From Mobula hypostoma (lineage: Eukaryota), in assembly GCF_963921235.1 (NCBI RefSeq), contig NC_086109.1, positions 37,636,001 to 37,700,000 of the forward strand: a stretch of DNA of 64,000 bases. The letters are read 5' to 3'. The position numbers and the translations under genes are program-made. Positions 51,816-64,000 of this stretch are shown here, one piece after another; position 1 is the first letter of the stretch; every line of letters starts with the position of its first letter. The notes below the pieces were generated by a model. The model saw only the letters and a program-made list of their open reading frames with translations, did not search any database and was not told the origin of the DNA.

Positions 51816-52753
51816 TGTGACGAGAATACACATAAATTAAGATGTTTGCTGGCCTGGGCTAGCATCAGTGGCATCAGCAGTTGGTCTGCCACCTGTCCTC
51901 AGGGGAAGGAGAGATAAGGAACAATGAAGCAGCATCTGGAGATGTGTAATGAAGGGACGGGAGAGAGAGCTGTCAAGAGCGGCTACCCCTTTGAACCCTG
52001 AACTGTTTGAAGTGATGGACAGGCGATCTGGAGATGTGTAATGAAGGGACGCTAGAGAGAGCTGTCTGGAGCAGCTCCCCCTTTGAACCCTGAACTGTTT
52101 GAAGTGATGGACAGGCGATACCCCAGCAGGGGGATAAAAAGGGACAGGTTCGCTAAGGCAGGACACACACGACACCCGAAGTAACGAGACCCTGGAAGCG
52201 GTGCGCCTCTCACGAGTCGGTGGGAAGTACCGGGCCATAAACGCACAGGGTGGAAAGGTACGATCAGCGGGAACCCGGTGTGTGTCCACCCTCGCTTGGG
52301 TGCCGGGTTCACTGCAGAGGATCGACCGCATCTGGAGGAGGGGTCACAGTTGGCGACCTCAGGTGACATCACAAAGGACCCGCCCGAAAGCTGCTTGTGA
52401 GCAATATCGCCGGTCTGTGAGTGGAAGCCATTCTGAATGATCAGTCGTTCTCGTTCTCTCTCTCCCTCCCCCCACGTTGTCCATCTCCATGGCAACGATT
52501 ACTGCGAACTGAACTAAATTGGACTGAACTTTGTGTCACTTTGAAATTGGTCATTTACCCCTAGACAACGATAGAGCTTGATTGATGCTGTTATCTTAAT
52601 TCTGTGCACATGTGTGAACTGTTGCATTTATTATCCTTTCGATTACTGTGTTGCTTGTTTCTTTAATAAAACTTTCTTAGTTCTAGTAATCCAGACTCCA
52701 ACTGAGTGATCCATTTCTGCTGGTTTGGCAACCCAGTTACGGGGTACGTAACA
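51816..52753 (+). repeat. 3' LTR (938 bp) with an internal 92-bp tandem duplication
   Basis: Direct repeat of 47695-48552; duplicated units 51934-52025 and 52026-52117. Confidence 0.95.
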
Positions 52754-54189
52754 CAAAAAAAAAGTGAGGTGGTGTCCAAAGATTCAATGTCCATTTAGGA
52801 ATCGGATGGCAGAGGGGAAGAAGCTGTTCCTGTATCGCTGAGTGGGTGCCTTCAGGCTTCTGTACCTCCTACCTGATGGTAACAGTGAAAAAAGGGCATG
52901 CCCTGGGTGCTGGAGGTCCTTAATGATGGACGCTGCCTTTCTGAGACACCACGCCCTGAAGATGTCCTGGGTACTTCATAGGCTAGTACCCAAGATGGAG
53001 CTGACTGGATTTACAACCTTCTGCAACTTCTTCGGTCCTGTGCAGTAGCCGCTCCATACCAGACAGTGATGCAGCCTGTTAGAATGTTCTCCACAGTGCC
53101 TCTATAGAGTGTATTTGTTGACATGCCAAATCTCTTCAAACTCCAAATAAAGTATAGCCACTGTCTTGCCTTCTTTATAACTACATCGATATGTTGGGAC
53201 CAGGTTAGAACCTCAGAGACCTTGACACCTAGGAACTTGAAGCTGCTCACTCTCTCCACTTCTGATCCCTCTATGAGGATTAGTATGTATTCCTTCGTCT
53301 TACCCTTCCTGAAGTCCACAATCAGCTTTTTCGTCTTACTGACGTTGAGTGCCAGGTTGTTGCTGTGACACCACTCCACTAGTTGGCATATCTCACTCCT
53401 GTATGCCCTCTTGTCACCACCTGAGATTCTACCAACAATGGTTGCATCCTTGTAACATTCGGTTATATCCTTACATCACAGCAAGGCATGAAAGCAGAAT
53501 ACTCCACAGGAATGTGCACAATACAAAGCCAAATATGAGTAACTTACTCTTCCCTGGTTATTATTCACATGCTGCAAGTTAAGTCTGACAAAAATGTTAA
53601 AAGCATTGCACTTTTTGAGATGTTGCATAAACCTTCAAAGAGTTATGTGAAGCAATCATCTAGGTTCCTACATAGCTGAAAGAACCCAGTCGATTGTGCT
53701 GCCTCAAAATATAACAAATCAAACTTAGTTCTTTAGTAGCATTGGTATCCATTACACCTCAATCAAATAGTGAGCATTGCTGACTTCTGGTTCCAATAGA
53801 AGCAGAAAGTGGAATAGTAACACCTATTTTTAAAGTTATTCTTACATTCTTTATGCTGATGCTTTTCTCAACATCTATAAATCGACAGTCAGTCCTGCAC
53901 AGCTTCCGTGCTGCAAATTTTTCTACAGACAATATCAGAGTCCACATGAAAATGGCAGGAAGAGGCACACGTTCAATTGTCAAGCCTTGGATTGACTTAC
54001 TATTGCATAGCTCATCGGTTGAGACCAAAGAGAACTAGACTCAATCACCAAGCCTAATAGATTCCAGTGGAAACACCCAAAACTCGGATCCATTACAGTC
54101 TGATTGGGAGTCAAGCATGCAATTACATAAGCTACTGGGTCAGTATTCCAAACTTGGGAAGTTGAACACGCAGCTCAGCACATACTTAC

Positions 54190-54261
54190 AAGGTGTGAAG
54201 CTTCGGCAGATACTGAAAGGCTGATTTCCCCACAAACTGGATCGGATTATCATAAAAATGA
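54190..54261 (-). CDS. LGR6: LGR6 LRR exon 9, 72 nt, [24 protein letters not shown]
   Basis: tttttag|T...TT|gtaagt; [11 protein letters not shown] is characteristic of LGR5/6. Confidence 0.95.
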
Positions 54262-54932
54262 CTAAAAAGGAAGTAAATTGTTTAGATTAGCTCTCATACT
54301 ACATCAATCAGTGTCAAAGCTCACATCTGCTATGCTCATGTGAACATAGTGTAGAATCGGTTTCAATAACAAAACCTATGAGAGTCGCCTGCAGAATTAA
54401 TTGAAACCAGCCAGACAATCTGACATGAAACCCATATGTTTTAGTTAGCAGTTTGAACAGATGACGGCAGACAGTTTTCTTTACCTACTACTAACATTTG
54501 TGTATAGGGGTAAAAGCTAATTTTAGATGGCATCAGCACACCCGTGATTAATAGGTATCTGTTAGCTCTTTCAAAGTGGTATGTTCAAAACAAATTAAGC
54601 TGATATTTATATAAAATATTTAAGTGACAATAAATAAATAATCTATATATATTATAATCAAATTGATTTTATTTACATTGAATAATTAACAACAAAATAT
54701 AATTCTTAGGTGTAGAGGGCTACTTCTGCCAAGAAAAATAAATAAGGCATATTCCTTAGAGGTATTTAGTTATGTTCACACCCCCATTCTGCCAAATGCA
54801 AACATTAATTTGCTAATTGTTGATCCGTGAACTTAGCTCTGAGTGTGGAGCAGTTTCAAATGCTCTTAAGTCTATAATAAACACATTCCCCAGCTAAGTT
54901 ATTTTTTGGATCACAAAATGATATATATTATA

Positions 54933-55477
54933 CACTGAGTGGCCATTTTATTAGGTACAGGAGATACCTAATAAAGCAGGCACTGAATGCATTTCTTTAT
55001 GTTCAAGGTCTGCTGCTGTAGCCTTCACTTCAGAAGTGCTCACACCACTTTTGTAACAGGTGGTTATTTGAGTTATTGTCACCTTCCTGCCAGCTTGAAC
55101 AAGTCTGGCCATTCTCCTCTGACCTCTCTCATTAAAAAAAGGATTTTGTCCACAGAGCTGCGGCTTACTGGATGCTTTTTTTGGTTTTTTTGCACCATTC
55201 TATGTAAATCCCAGAGACTGTTGAGCATGAACATCCCAGGAGATCAGCAGTTTCTGAGATATGCAAACCACTCGGTCTGGCACCAACAATCATTCCAGGT
55301 CCAAGTCTCTTAGATCATGTTTCTTCCCCATTCTGATGTTTGGTCTGAACAACAACTGAACCTCTTGGCCATGCCAGTGTGCTTTTTGCAATTAATTGCT
55401 GCCACATGATTGACTGATTATATATTTGCATGAAAGAGCAGCTGTACGGGTATACCTAATAAAGAGGCCACTGAGTG
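54933..55477. mobile_element. Tc1-like MITE (545 bp) with TA TSD
   Basis: TA|CACTGAGTGGCCATTTTATTAGGTA ... TACCTAATAAAGAGGCCACTGAGTG|TA. Confidence 0.85.
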
Positions 55478-56519
55478 TATATTTTAAGTTTCACTCCAGA
55501 TACTTGAACACATAAATCTAGGCTGATGTTCCAAGCTAGTGAAGAGGTTCTGTCTGAGACATAAAATAGAAGCCTCATCTGCTTTCTCATGTGGATGCTA
55601 CAGACTGATGGCAGTACTTTGAAGAAAGTGAGATCTATCCCAGGTGCTCTCATCAGTGCTTATCCTGCACTTAACAAAAGATGATTTCTCAAACAATATT
55701 ATATTCTTCTGCCATCAGACACAAGTTCAGAACTGGACACTCAGCTCATTTCATCATAGCTGATTCATTTCCCTCTTAACCCCATTCTCCTGCATTGTTG
55801 CTGGTATGATGCTTTGTTTCTTTCTTTACAACAATAATTGCAGTTCAGAAATATGACAGACAATCAGTCACTGAGATAGCTTCAAATTCTTTATGTTTGT
55901 TTGAACAATACACTCAAGTACAATGGCAGGGAGGAGAACTACCATCTGCCAAGACCCACTTCATAATTTTGTGAACCTCAGCTCTAAGTTAGCTTTCATG
56001 CTGGTCTAAATTTGAGCCCAAATTAACCACACCCACTCTGGAATAATAGGCTTCCTCCCAGACCCTGATATCAATTGAATGATCTTGGAGACAAATAAAA
56101 ATAGTGGGTGTCAACTGAACTATAAGATTGGATTTTTCTTTACATATTTTTTTCAAACAACTTTCTTCTCTTTAGTTCCTTTTAAAAGTTACCAAGTATT
56201 TCAATAAGATTTGGTTACATCTGGTAACATACTCAAACACAACGGCTCAGACATGGACCTGACAGCAACTGTTGGCAGGATTTTGCTTATAGTCAGAGGG
56301 ATCCAGTGTACGTTCAGTGGTTCTCAAGTGAACCGGGAAGTGGACTCCCGAACCCCGATCTATTTCTGTTCCACAAAATGCTCAGCTTCTCAGCATGTAA
56401 TGAGGAATGAGTCCAAACTTCACTATCTCACCTAGGTTACTTATTCACTGGATATATTTTCATAACCAATGCAGACTTTTACAGATTTTGGATTTCATTG
56501 TGATTTGATGACTTTTGCA

Positions 56520-57730
56520 TTATCTTGTAGTTTCATCAGTCAGAGCATCGAGTTTAGGAGTAAGGATCTTATGTAGTAGTTAGGTAAATCATGGGTCAGA
56601 CAACACTTGGAGTATTGGGTAGAGTTTCAGACACCCTGTTACAGGAAGCACATTGTCAAACTAGAGAGATGTATTGGCCTTCATCAACTGTCGTATTGAG
56701 TTCAAGAGCCGAGAGGTAATGTTACAACTACTGTATATAGGCCCCTGTTCAGATCTCACTCGGAGTACTGTGCTCTGTTCTGGTCACCTCACTACAGGAA
56801 GGATGTGGAGACAATAGAAAGGGTGCAGAGGAGATTTACAAGGATGTGGCCTGGATTGGGGAGCATGTCTTATGAGAATAGGTTTAGTGAACTTGGACTT
56901 TAATCCTTGGAGCGACGGAGGATGAGAGGTGACCTGATAGAGGTGTATAAGATGATGAGAGGTATTGATCGTGTGGATAGTTAGAGGCTTTTTCCCAGGG
57001 CTGAAATGGCTATTATGCGAGGGCACAGTTTTAAGGTGCTTGCAAGTAGGTACAGAGGAGATGTCAGGGGTAGGTTTTTTTACGCAGAAAGTGGTGAGTG
57101 CATGGAATGAGCTGCCGGTGACAGTGTTGGAGATGGATACAATAGGGTCTTTTAAGAGACTCTTGGATAGGTACATGGAGCTTAGAAAAATGGAGGGCTA
57201 TGGGTAACCCTAGATAATTTCAAAAGTAAGCACATGTTCGGCACAGCATTGTGGGCTGAAGGGCCTGTAGGTTTTCTATGTTTCTATGTGGAAAAGAACT
57301 GGACAAGTGAGTCTTAGATATTGGAGAGGTTGGACACGCTGGATCTTTACCCTTTGGAGCATAGGAGAATGAAGGGTGACTTGACATAAGTTTATAAAAT
57401 CCTGAAGGCTATGGATAAAGTGGTTGGCTATAGATATTTTTTCCCTGAGGGCTGTGAATCCAATACTAGAAAGCATACATACAAGGCAAGCTGTGAGAGA
57501 TCTAAAAGCGATCTGAGAGGTAATTTTTTCACAGAGTGTAGTGAGTCCCTGGGATGAGCTGCCAGAGAAAGGGGATGACCGGGAACAATTACAACACTTA
57601 AGAGGCATTTGGATGGGTACGTGGAGGGTAATAGGCTGCACATGTGCAACTGGGACCAGCAGGGAGGACGCTACGGCCACCATGACCAGTTGGGCTGAAG
57701 GGCCAGTTTTTGTGCTGTTGACTTTGTGAC
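56520..57730 (+). mobile_element. Nested CR1 3' fragments (younger ~56670-57288 inside an older copy)
   Basis: Two overlapping PHLEYC..FWSPHYRKD/ERRRMRGDL segments; TTTCTATG tail at ~57273-57288. Confidence 0.85.
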
Positions 57731-58352
57731 TCTGCGATAGAGAGCAACGCTTTCAAATTGTAATTTAAAATAAAGTCAATTTCCAAAGAAAATCTGCAAG
57801 TTTTCAGTTTCATTTCCTGGTGTCAGAGCTACCTGAGCATGTAGTGATAGCCAAAGGTATGCAATGTTCACATGTATAAACACTTCGATAACTTTCAAAG
57901 TTCATACATGCATGGCCTCTCAAGTAGGAGCAAGACCCGGCTAACCAAAGAAAATTCTGCTAACCGTCCTGTCCGTAGCTCTTTCTCACAGAAGTAGACT
58001 TTTACAGCACAAATAAAGCCCACTTCAAATTGCACTGATAACAGGTCAGTAGTGAGAACCCAGGTTGGATGGATCTCTGTGCTGCATTTACTCATTCTCA
58101 TAAAGAATGCTGAGAACATGAGTTGAGGAGGTCTCGAAAGTAAGTCCACATGTTGTGGAATCAGTTCAGAGTTGAGGAGACTGAAGTAATTCACTTTGGT
58201 TTGGGTCTGTTGGTTTAAGGGTTTCTGAACCTGGTGGTGTGGGACCCAAGGCTGAATTTCCAGATGAGCTTTTGCATTTAACACTGTTACAAAATGAAAC
58301 ACTGAGACAGAATAATTAACAGTGAATGGGAGATGATAATATTTAAACTTAC

Positions 58353-58424
58353 ATTGTCTGAAGTAGTGGATTTCCAACAAAAGCTTTCTCTGGGATTGCT
58401 TTGATATTATTATTGTGGAATCCG
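58353..58424 (-). CDS. LGR6: LGR6 LRR exon 8, 72 nt, [24 protein letters not shown]
   Basis: tattgtag|C...AT|gtaagt; near-identical to the recalled LGR6 LRR. Confidence 0.95.
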
Positions 58425-59184
58425 CTACAATACAAACAGAAATGCACACAGTTAGTTAAACCGTTCATATGAACGTGGAAATTATTTTACCTTACGGGAG
58501 ATTTCATTTGTTCTTTTATCATTAAATCCAGGGTGCCAATGATAGCTCCCTTGCTTTTTAACCTTTTAATCAACATCAGCCAAACACATTATCAGATCAT
58601 TACCCCTTTGTTATCTGTGAGACCATTTTGTGAACAAATTCGGCTGTCGCTGTTCCTATCTTCCAGCATCAGCTATACATCAAAGGCATTTAATTAGCCT
58701 CAAAGTGTGTAGGAATATCAGAAATATGCAAAAGACACAATTGAAATGCAAATCATTCTTTCTATTTTCCCTGCATTATATTTATACTTCTATAGAAGAT
58801 TCAATTCATTCCCTTTGAAGAAAAGCATGCCTTGAAATTCTGTTGCAGAGTTATTGTTGATAGAACTTAAATGGCGATTTTTAAAGCATGTGTGCCATTG
58901 GGCAGTTACTACCCAACAATGCTTTCATAATCCTTCGGACACTGCATACACATGCATGACTTAGAGAATGTACTTTATGTATCCTCTGTCATTATTTACT
59001 AACTGGTTCTCTTTCAGAACTACAACTCTCCAACTCCTCTATCACTTGGTTTCTCTCTTCCTTGTGAGTTTCCCTAACCTTCTCTTGACTGGAGATCTAT
59101 CTGTTGCTTTGTACTTATTCAAAGTCACACCATTTCTTTGCAATAGCACCCAGTGCCTCATATTTAGGGTCTCAGCAACTCACA

Positions 59185-59478
59185 TGGGTGGCACAGTAGC
59201 ATAGTGATTAGCACAATGCTTTACAGTACAGACCCGGGTTCATTTCCTGCAGCTGCCTGTAAAGAGTTTGTATGTTCTCCCCGTGACTGCATGGGTTTCT
59301 CCTGGGTGCTGCGGTTTCCTCCCACTGTCCAAAGGTGTACCGGTGGGTAGGTTAATTTGTCATTGTAAATTGTCCTGTGATTAGGCGAGGGTTAAATTGG
59401 GGGATTGTTGGGTGGCGTGGCTGGAAGGCCAGGACAGGCCTATTCCACACTGTATCTCAGTAAAACAAATAAATAAAA
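59185..59478 (+). mobile_element. tRNA-derived V-SINE/HE1-like SINE
   Basis: A-box-like GGCACAGTAGCATAGTGA, B-box-like GGTTCATTTCC, core CTCCCCGTGACTGCATGGGTTT, A-rich tail. Confidence 0.85.
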
Positions 59479-60413
59479 ATCAAAGCACAGGCATTGTGCC
59501 CGATATCCTGGCATTATGCAGCATGTAAATTAACAGCCTTTAGAACTAACTGCACCATTCCAAGTCAGATATTCTCTTTAATGGCAGTGGGGTGGGCATA
59601 GCAGCCAACACCACTTACCTTTGATGAGCAACTTTAGGCATCCCTGGCAAGGATTGTACAAGTTTACAAATTTTAAGATGGATAATCTTTGCACACTTAG
59701 CATATTGAAGGAATTGCTGTTCCAAATGATTCAAGGTCAGTGTGCTCTAACACTGGAATAGGTCTTCTGCTTAACAGGATGCTCAATATTGTTTGAGAAA
59801 GTATGACACATTTTGCATTTCAGTGCACTTACTAAGTAAATTGGCACTGGGTGCCAACAGCCCTGCAGATTTCAATAGGCTGAATAGTCTCCTTCTCTAG
59901 CATTCTTTGACTCTATAATTCTAAAATTTAATTGTAAATGCAAAGCAAAAATGCTTCATGATGCATTTGAATTTCTAGGAAATGGGTCTATATTAAATAC
60001 TTTGGCACTGTGGTATAAAAAGGCAATAGCTCTTCATTGTTGGTCCTAACCATGAGAAGAACCTTGAAAAATTAACACATTATAATACAATAAGCTGCAA
60101 CCTGCTTATTATCACAGTGTGCGTGATTAAATGGTAGTTTTCAAATAGATCTGGACATTTCCCTGGACATAACCACCTCCTCCGTCAATTTTCCTTGCTA
60201 CCTTATATAGTGGGTGGATATCTTGTGTGGGATTTGAACTGACATGATTTTGATCCATTATTTTGGAAATATACAAGCTCACTTGTTTTCAGGATTGTTA
60301 CATAGATTCAGCACCTGTTACTACTATTGTATTATTACTACTATTGATACTATTTAGGTATAATTCCAAAATCAAGATATTGCTTTCATAATAATTGATT
60401 AAAAAATACTCAC

Positions 60414-60482
60414 AGTTCCTGAAGTTTGCTCAAGGTTCTGATGGCTACAGGGAATTCAGCCAAGTCATTATAATTCAGGTCT
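60414..60482 (-). CDS. LGR6: LGR6 LRR exon (equivalent to human exon 7), 69 nt, DLNYNDLAEFPVAIRTLSKLQEL
   Basis: ttaaccag|A...CT|gtgagt boundaries, phase 2-2; resembles recalled LGR6 DLNYNKLQEFPVAIRTLGRLQEL. Confidence 0.93.
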
Positions 60483-62600
60483 CTGGTTAAAAACAAAATG
60501 GGAATCCTTTACTGATGACATTGCATATTTTGTGCAGTTAATTAGAATTATTGGAGTCTCTGCAATAATCCATCCTGTAGTTAGCTTTGGGCAGACAAAA
60601 TCATGGCACAAAATGAGAATGATTGCTTGCTGACCAAATAAGTTGTGTGCTTTTGTGAGCTGCACCTAGTCATTAAAATGCTACTGCTTGGCTTTAAAAA
60701 GCTGAATAAATAAGGATTGATCATTAAAACCAATAATTTTTTTTGAACTGACATATAAGAAAGGCACACTTAAATACCCTTCAACCATTTAAGTGATATC
60801 ATAGATTCCATGAATATTCAAACTGAACTTATACAGTATGACAGTGATAAAGCAGATAGGACACATTGCATTTTAAACATCTTATTAATCTTCATTATCT
60901 ATAACTAATCAGCAGCTTTACAGCATATACACTTATGTAGATGATATATTTTTTAAAAATATGCTTCAATTAGTATCCACATGTTTAAATATCAATCTGA
61001 TTACGTAGAAACAAATATCAGGTTAGCGCTACCTTCAAATTTACTATATTTTATACAACTTGTGGCATCTTTTAGCAATAGGTTACGGGGGGAAATGAAA
61101 TTTTGCATTTCTACATTTTCATATAATTCTTTTTATTTTAACAGAACATTGAAAATTTGGTAGCTGTGCTATTTAAGACGGTGGAAATTTATGGTATCTA
61201 AGTGCATTTGTAACAATAATAGATTTTAACCTGCTCGTTTAGAATTCCCAAAGTTATTGCTAAATGTAGCTGTGAAATAAAATCAGTTGTGACCCAAGTT
61301 ATTTATGGATTGAACATCATTAAAATAAATCTAAAAGACAGGAATTTTAATTTAATCAGTGCTCTGAATCTTTGAACCTACTGTCTCCTGCTTATTGGTT
61401 ATCTTCCCTCTTACCACATATTTATCCACTCTTTTCACAACACAGAAAGCAAGATAGCAGTGTGAAACAATATATCAGAATGAAAATATCATCACCAGCA
61501 AATTATTAATAAATCCTGGAGTCACATAATTGCAAGCTGTCCAACTGCTGCTGCCAACACAATTCTATCCTAAAGGAAAACTCTGGTTTAGTAAAAGTGT
61601 GCAATTATAAGTTTTATATATGATAGTGAACAATGCTATCTAAATAAAGAGCTTTAGGATTTGATTAAAGCCTGAAACTAGTGGAAGAACCCTTTAAACC
61701 CAATAACACTAAAGTTTTACCAATCTTAACAGCAGGACTTTATAAGAATATCGTAGTGTTGTTCTCAGGCAATGTAAGATGCTTGGGGAAAATTCAAAGG
61801 AAGTAACCAGAGCAGGGTATAGCTGATAATTGTTTGACTATTGGGTTAGGGGCAACATGATTTGGGGAAAGATGGATCAGTGGAAATGGTAAGGTGGCAA
61901 AGATTAGGATGAAAAGTATGGAGAAGACAAAGAAAATTCTGTGGCCAGGGTGGAGAGGAATTAATTGGGGGCACAGAGAACAATTTTTGACTTTGTGATT
62001 TATGTTTACTCTAGGCTTGTCTCCAACATGGAAGTATCTTCTGTCTCCCTGCCTTGTATAGGAGGGCATTCCCCTTCAATGCTTAAAGAAATCTTCATGT
62101 GTAGGCTCTTAACAGCTCTTCATATGAAGTGAGGGTTTATAATTACCTATCAGGAAATGTTCCAAAAGAATTACCAAAGGAAATGATAAGCATATTGAAC
62201 AGGATATGTGATAAGGTATTTACTCAGTTAAATAAAGTTCTTTTAACGGTTGGAATTCCAGCACCTGGCTGGTGCTATCTCCTTAATTTTCTTACGTAAA
62301 AAACAACTCCCCTCTTTAATGAATGTTCAATAGACAATAGTGAAATAGTATTTGGTTTGGGCAACAGCAATCCTTATCAAACTGAAAAGCAGATGTATCA
62401 ACCTGTTGTTTGTGTATCATTTAATGGTAGCTTGAAATGTAACTAAAATTAGAAAACATTAATAGACTGATGTTGGACACAATAGGGGATTTTAGTGTCC
62501 ACAGAATAATTTTCCATTCCAACGACAGGAGTAATTTCTAGCAGATTGATCTAAAATTCCCACCACCAATTTTTTAAATAATTATTTAAAATTAATTATC

Positions 62601-62855
62601 TGGGTGACATAGCAGCATAGCAGTTAGGATAACGCTATTACAGCGCTTGTAACCCAGGTTCAGTTTCACTGCTGTTTGTGTGGATTTTGTACATTCTCCC
62701 TGTGACTGCATGGGTTTCCTCCACGTGCTCCAGTTTCATCCCATGCTCCAGCGATGTATGGGTAAGTTGGTTAATTTGTCACAAGGGGGTATTTGAGTGG
62801 TGGTAGCTTGTTAGGCCCGAAGGCTCTGTTACTGTGCTGTATATCTAAATAAAAT
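62601..62855 (+). mobile_element. V-SINE/HE1-like SINE
   Basis: Homologous to 59185-59478. Confidence 0.8.
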
Positions 62856-63041
62856 TTCTCAAAATTAATATAAATGTATCAAGGAAAACTGGAAATCCTT
62901 CATCTATGATGCCTCAAGTTCTAAAATTACAACAAATAATTTGCAAAAATCAAAAGTCAGTCAAAGCTGACCAAGTTGAATTCATGGCTGGTATTGAATA
63001 GATACACTACAGTGCCTTTCTATCATTGTGACGTATTTACT

Positions 63042-63042
<1 letters not shown>

Positions 63043-63131
<89 letters not shown>

Positions 63132-63151
63132 GTGTGTGTGTGTGTGTGTGT

Positions 63152-63191
<40 letters not shown>

Positions 63192-63273
63192 GTGTGTGTG
63201 TGTGTGTATGGTGTGTGTGTGCGTGTGTGTGTGTGTGTGTGTATGGTGTGTGTGTGTGTGTGTGTGTGTGTAT

Positions 63274-63354
<81 letters not shown>

Positions 63355-63368
63355 GTGTGTGTGTGTAT

Positions 63369-63400
<32 letters not shown>
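63043..63400. repeat. ~360-bp (TG)n microsatellite with recurrent TATGG interruptions
   Basis: Directly visible. Confidence 0.98.
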
Positions 63401-63402
<2 letters not shown>

Positions 63403-64000
63403 GTACTGCACCTCTGGTAGTCACTGGTTTGTCGAGCAGCGTTGACTGTGGCTATTGAAGCCCATCCTGGAACGGCAGGCTCTGCCACGGTTGCTGCAAG
63501 TGTAGGGCATCGTGGAACTGTTGCCCGCTGTCCGCTGTACTCTCCGCTCCTCAAACTGACTCAGGATCACTCTTTCGCTTTGCTGTAGGTGTTGCTGAAG
63601 AGTACCTCGCCATTTGTTGCGGTCATCTGCTGTATCCTCCCAGCACCCTGTGTTGATTTTTAAGGCTTTCATGTTGCGCTTGCAGAGGTCCTTGAAGCGA
63701 AGCTGGGTCTACCAACGTTCCTCTTGCCTGTTGCTAGATCTCTGTAGAGGATGTCCTTTGGCAGTCTACCATCCTTCATACGACGGACGTGGCCCAGCCA
63801 GCGCAGTCTGCGTTGTCTTAAAAGTGTGAACGTTGTGGGAAGTCCAGCGTGGGAGAGGACCTCAGAGTTTGGGACTTTGTCTCTCCAGTTGATGCCAAGG
63901 ATGCAGCGAAGGCTGCGCAGGTGAAAACTATTGAGTTTCCTCTCCTGCTTGGAGTAGATGGTCCAAGTCTTGCTACCATACAGGAGGGTGCTGATAACGC
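63401..64000 (-). mobile_element. RTE (BovB-like) LINE 3' end, continuing beyond the window
   Basis: HLRSLRCILGINW.DKV.N..VL...RQRRLRWLGHVRRM.DGRLPK; C-terminal YTCSNRGRACRSRMGFNSHSQRC (ORF 63421..63672). Confidence 0.9.

Larger units (their letters stand above)
47695..52753 (+). mobile_element. Gmr1-like Ty3/gypsy LTR retrotransposon, internally deleted (5059 bp), antisense to LGR6 in the intron between exons 9 and 10
   Basis: Two LTRs, tRNA-Pro-like PBS, PPT, gag with SCAN-like capsid and CCHC, INT remnant upstream of RT remnant; flanks TAAA/CAAA. Confidence 0.92.
47535..53448 (-). mobile_element. Rex1/Babar-type LINE 3' part, split by the LTR element (pieces 52754-53448 and 47535-47694)
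   Basis: ORF 53011..53379 WCHSNNLALNVSKTK..IVDFRK...FKFLGV...KKARQ.LYF; its tail continues on the other side of the LTR element. Confidence 0.8.

Noticed and set aside
47717..52495. ORFs inside the LTRs and antisense to gag
   Set aside because: Duplicated only because the LTRs are repeats, or shadows of the gag frame; no domain motifs
59615..59630. TCF/LEF-like CCTTTGATG as a Wnt-responsive intronic site
   Set aside because: A single short motif is expected by chance in 64 kb; no conservation data available
60925..60960. CAT CTA CAT (HLH) on the minus strand as a possible LGR6 exon 6
   Set aside because: No AG acceptor in the right place and the LRR pattern does not continue; exon 6 is probably beyond 64000
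62976..63554. Long CV- and HT-rich ORFs
   Set aside because: Translation artefacts of the (TG)n microsatellite

Overview
Vertebrate genomic DNA. The repeat landscape (CR1, Rex1/Babar, RTE, Penelope, V-SINE-like SINEs) suggests a cartilaginous fish, probably a ray; this is inference. The only host gene is LGR6 (R-spondin receptor, LRR-GPCR) on the minus strand. I traced 12 coding exons by hand with GT-AG boundaries and a continuous frame (equivalent to human exons 7-18, 60482 down to the stop at 11469); the 5' exons lie beyond the window. Introns and the downstream region are filled with transposable elements. Main points of interest: (1) a family of Penelope-derived short retroposons carrying a minimal type-I hammerhead ribozyme, including one ~103-bp copy with an intact core and a 12-bp target-site duplication; (2) a 5.06-kb Gmr1-like Ty3/gypsy LTR element with an uninterrupted SCAN-like Gag, collapsed INT-before-RT pol remnants and structurally different LTRs, nested in a Rex1/Babar LINE; (3) Harbinger, Tc1, Tigger and mariner derivatives. 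All calls come from reading the sequence and from recalled family motifs; no searches were run.
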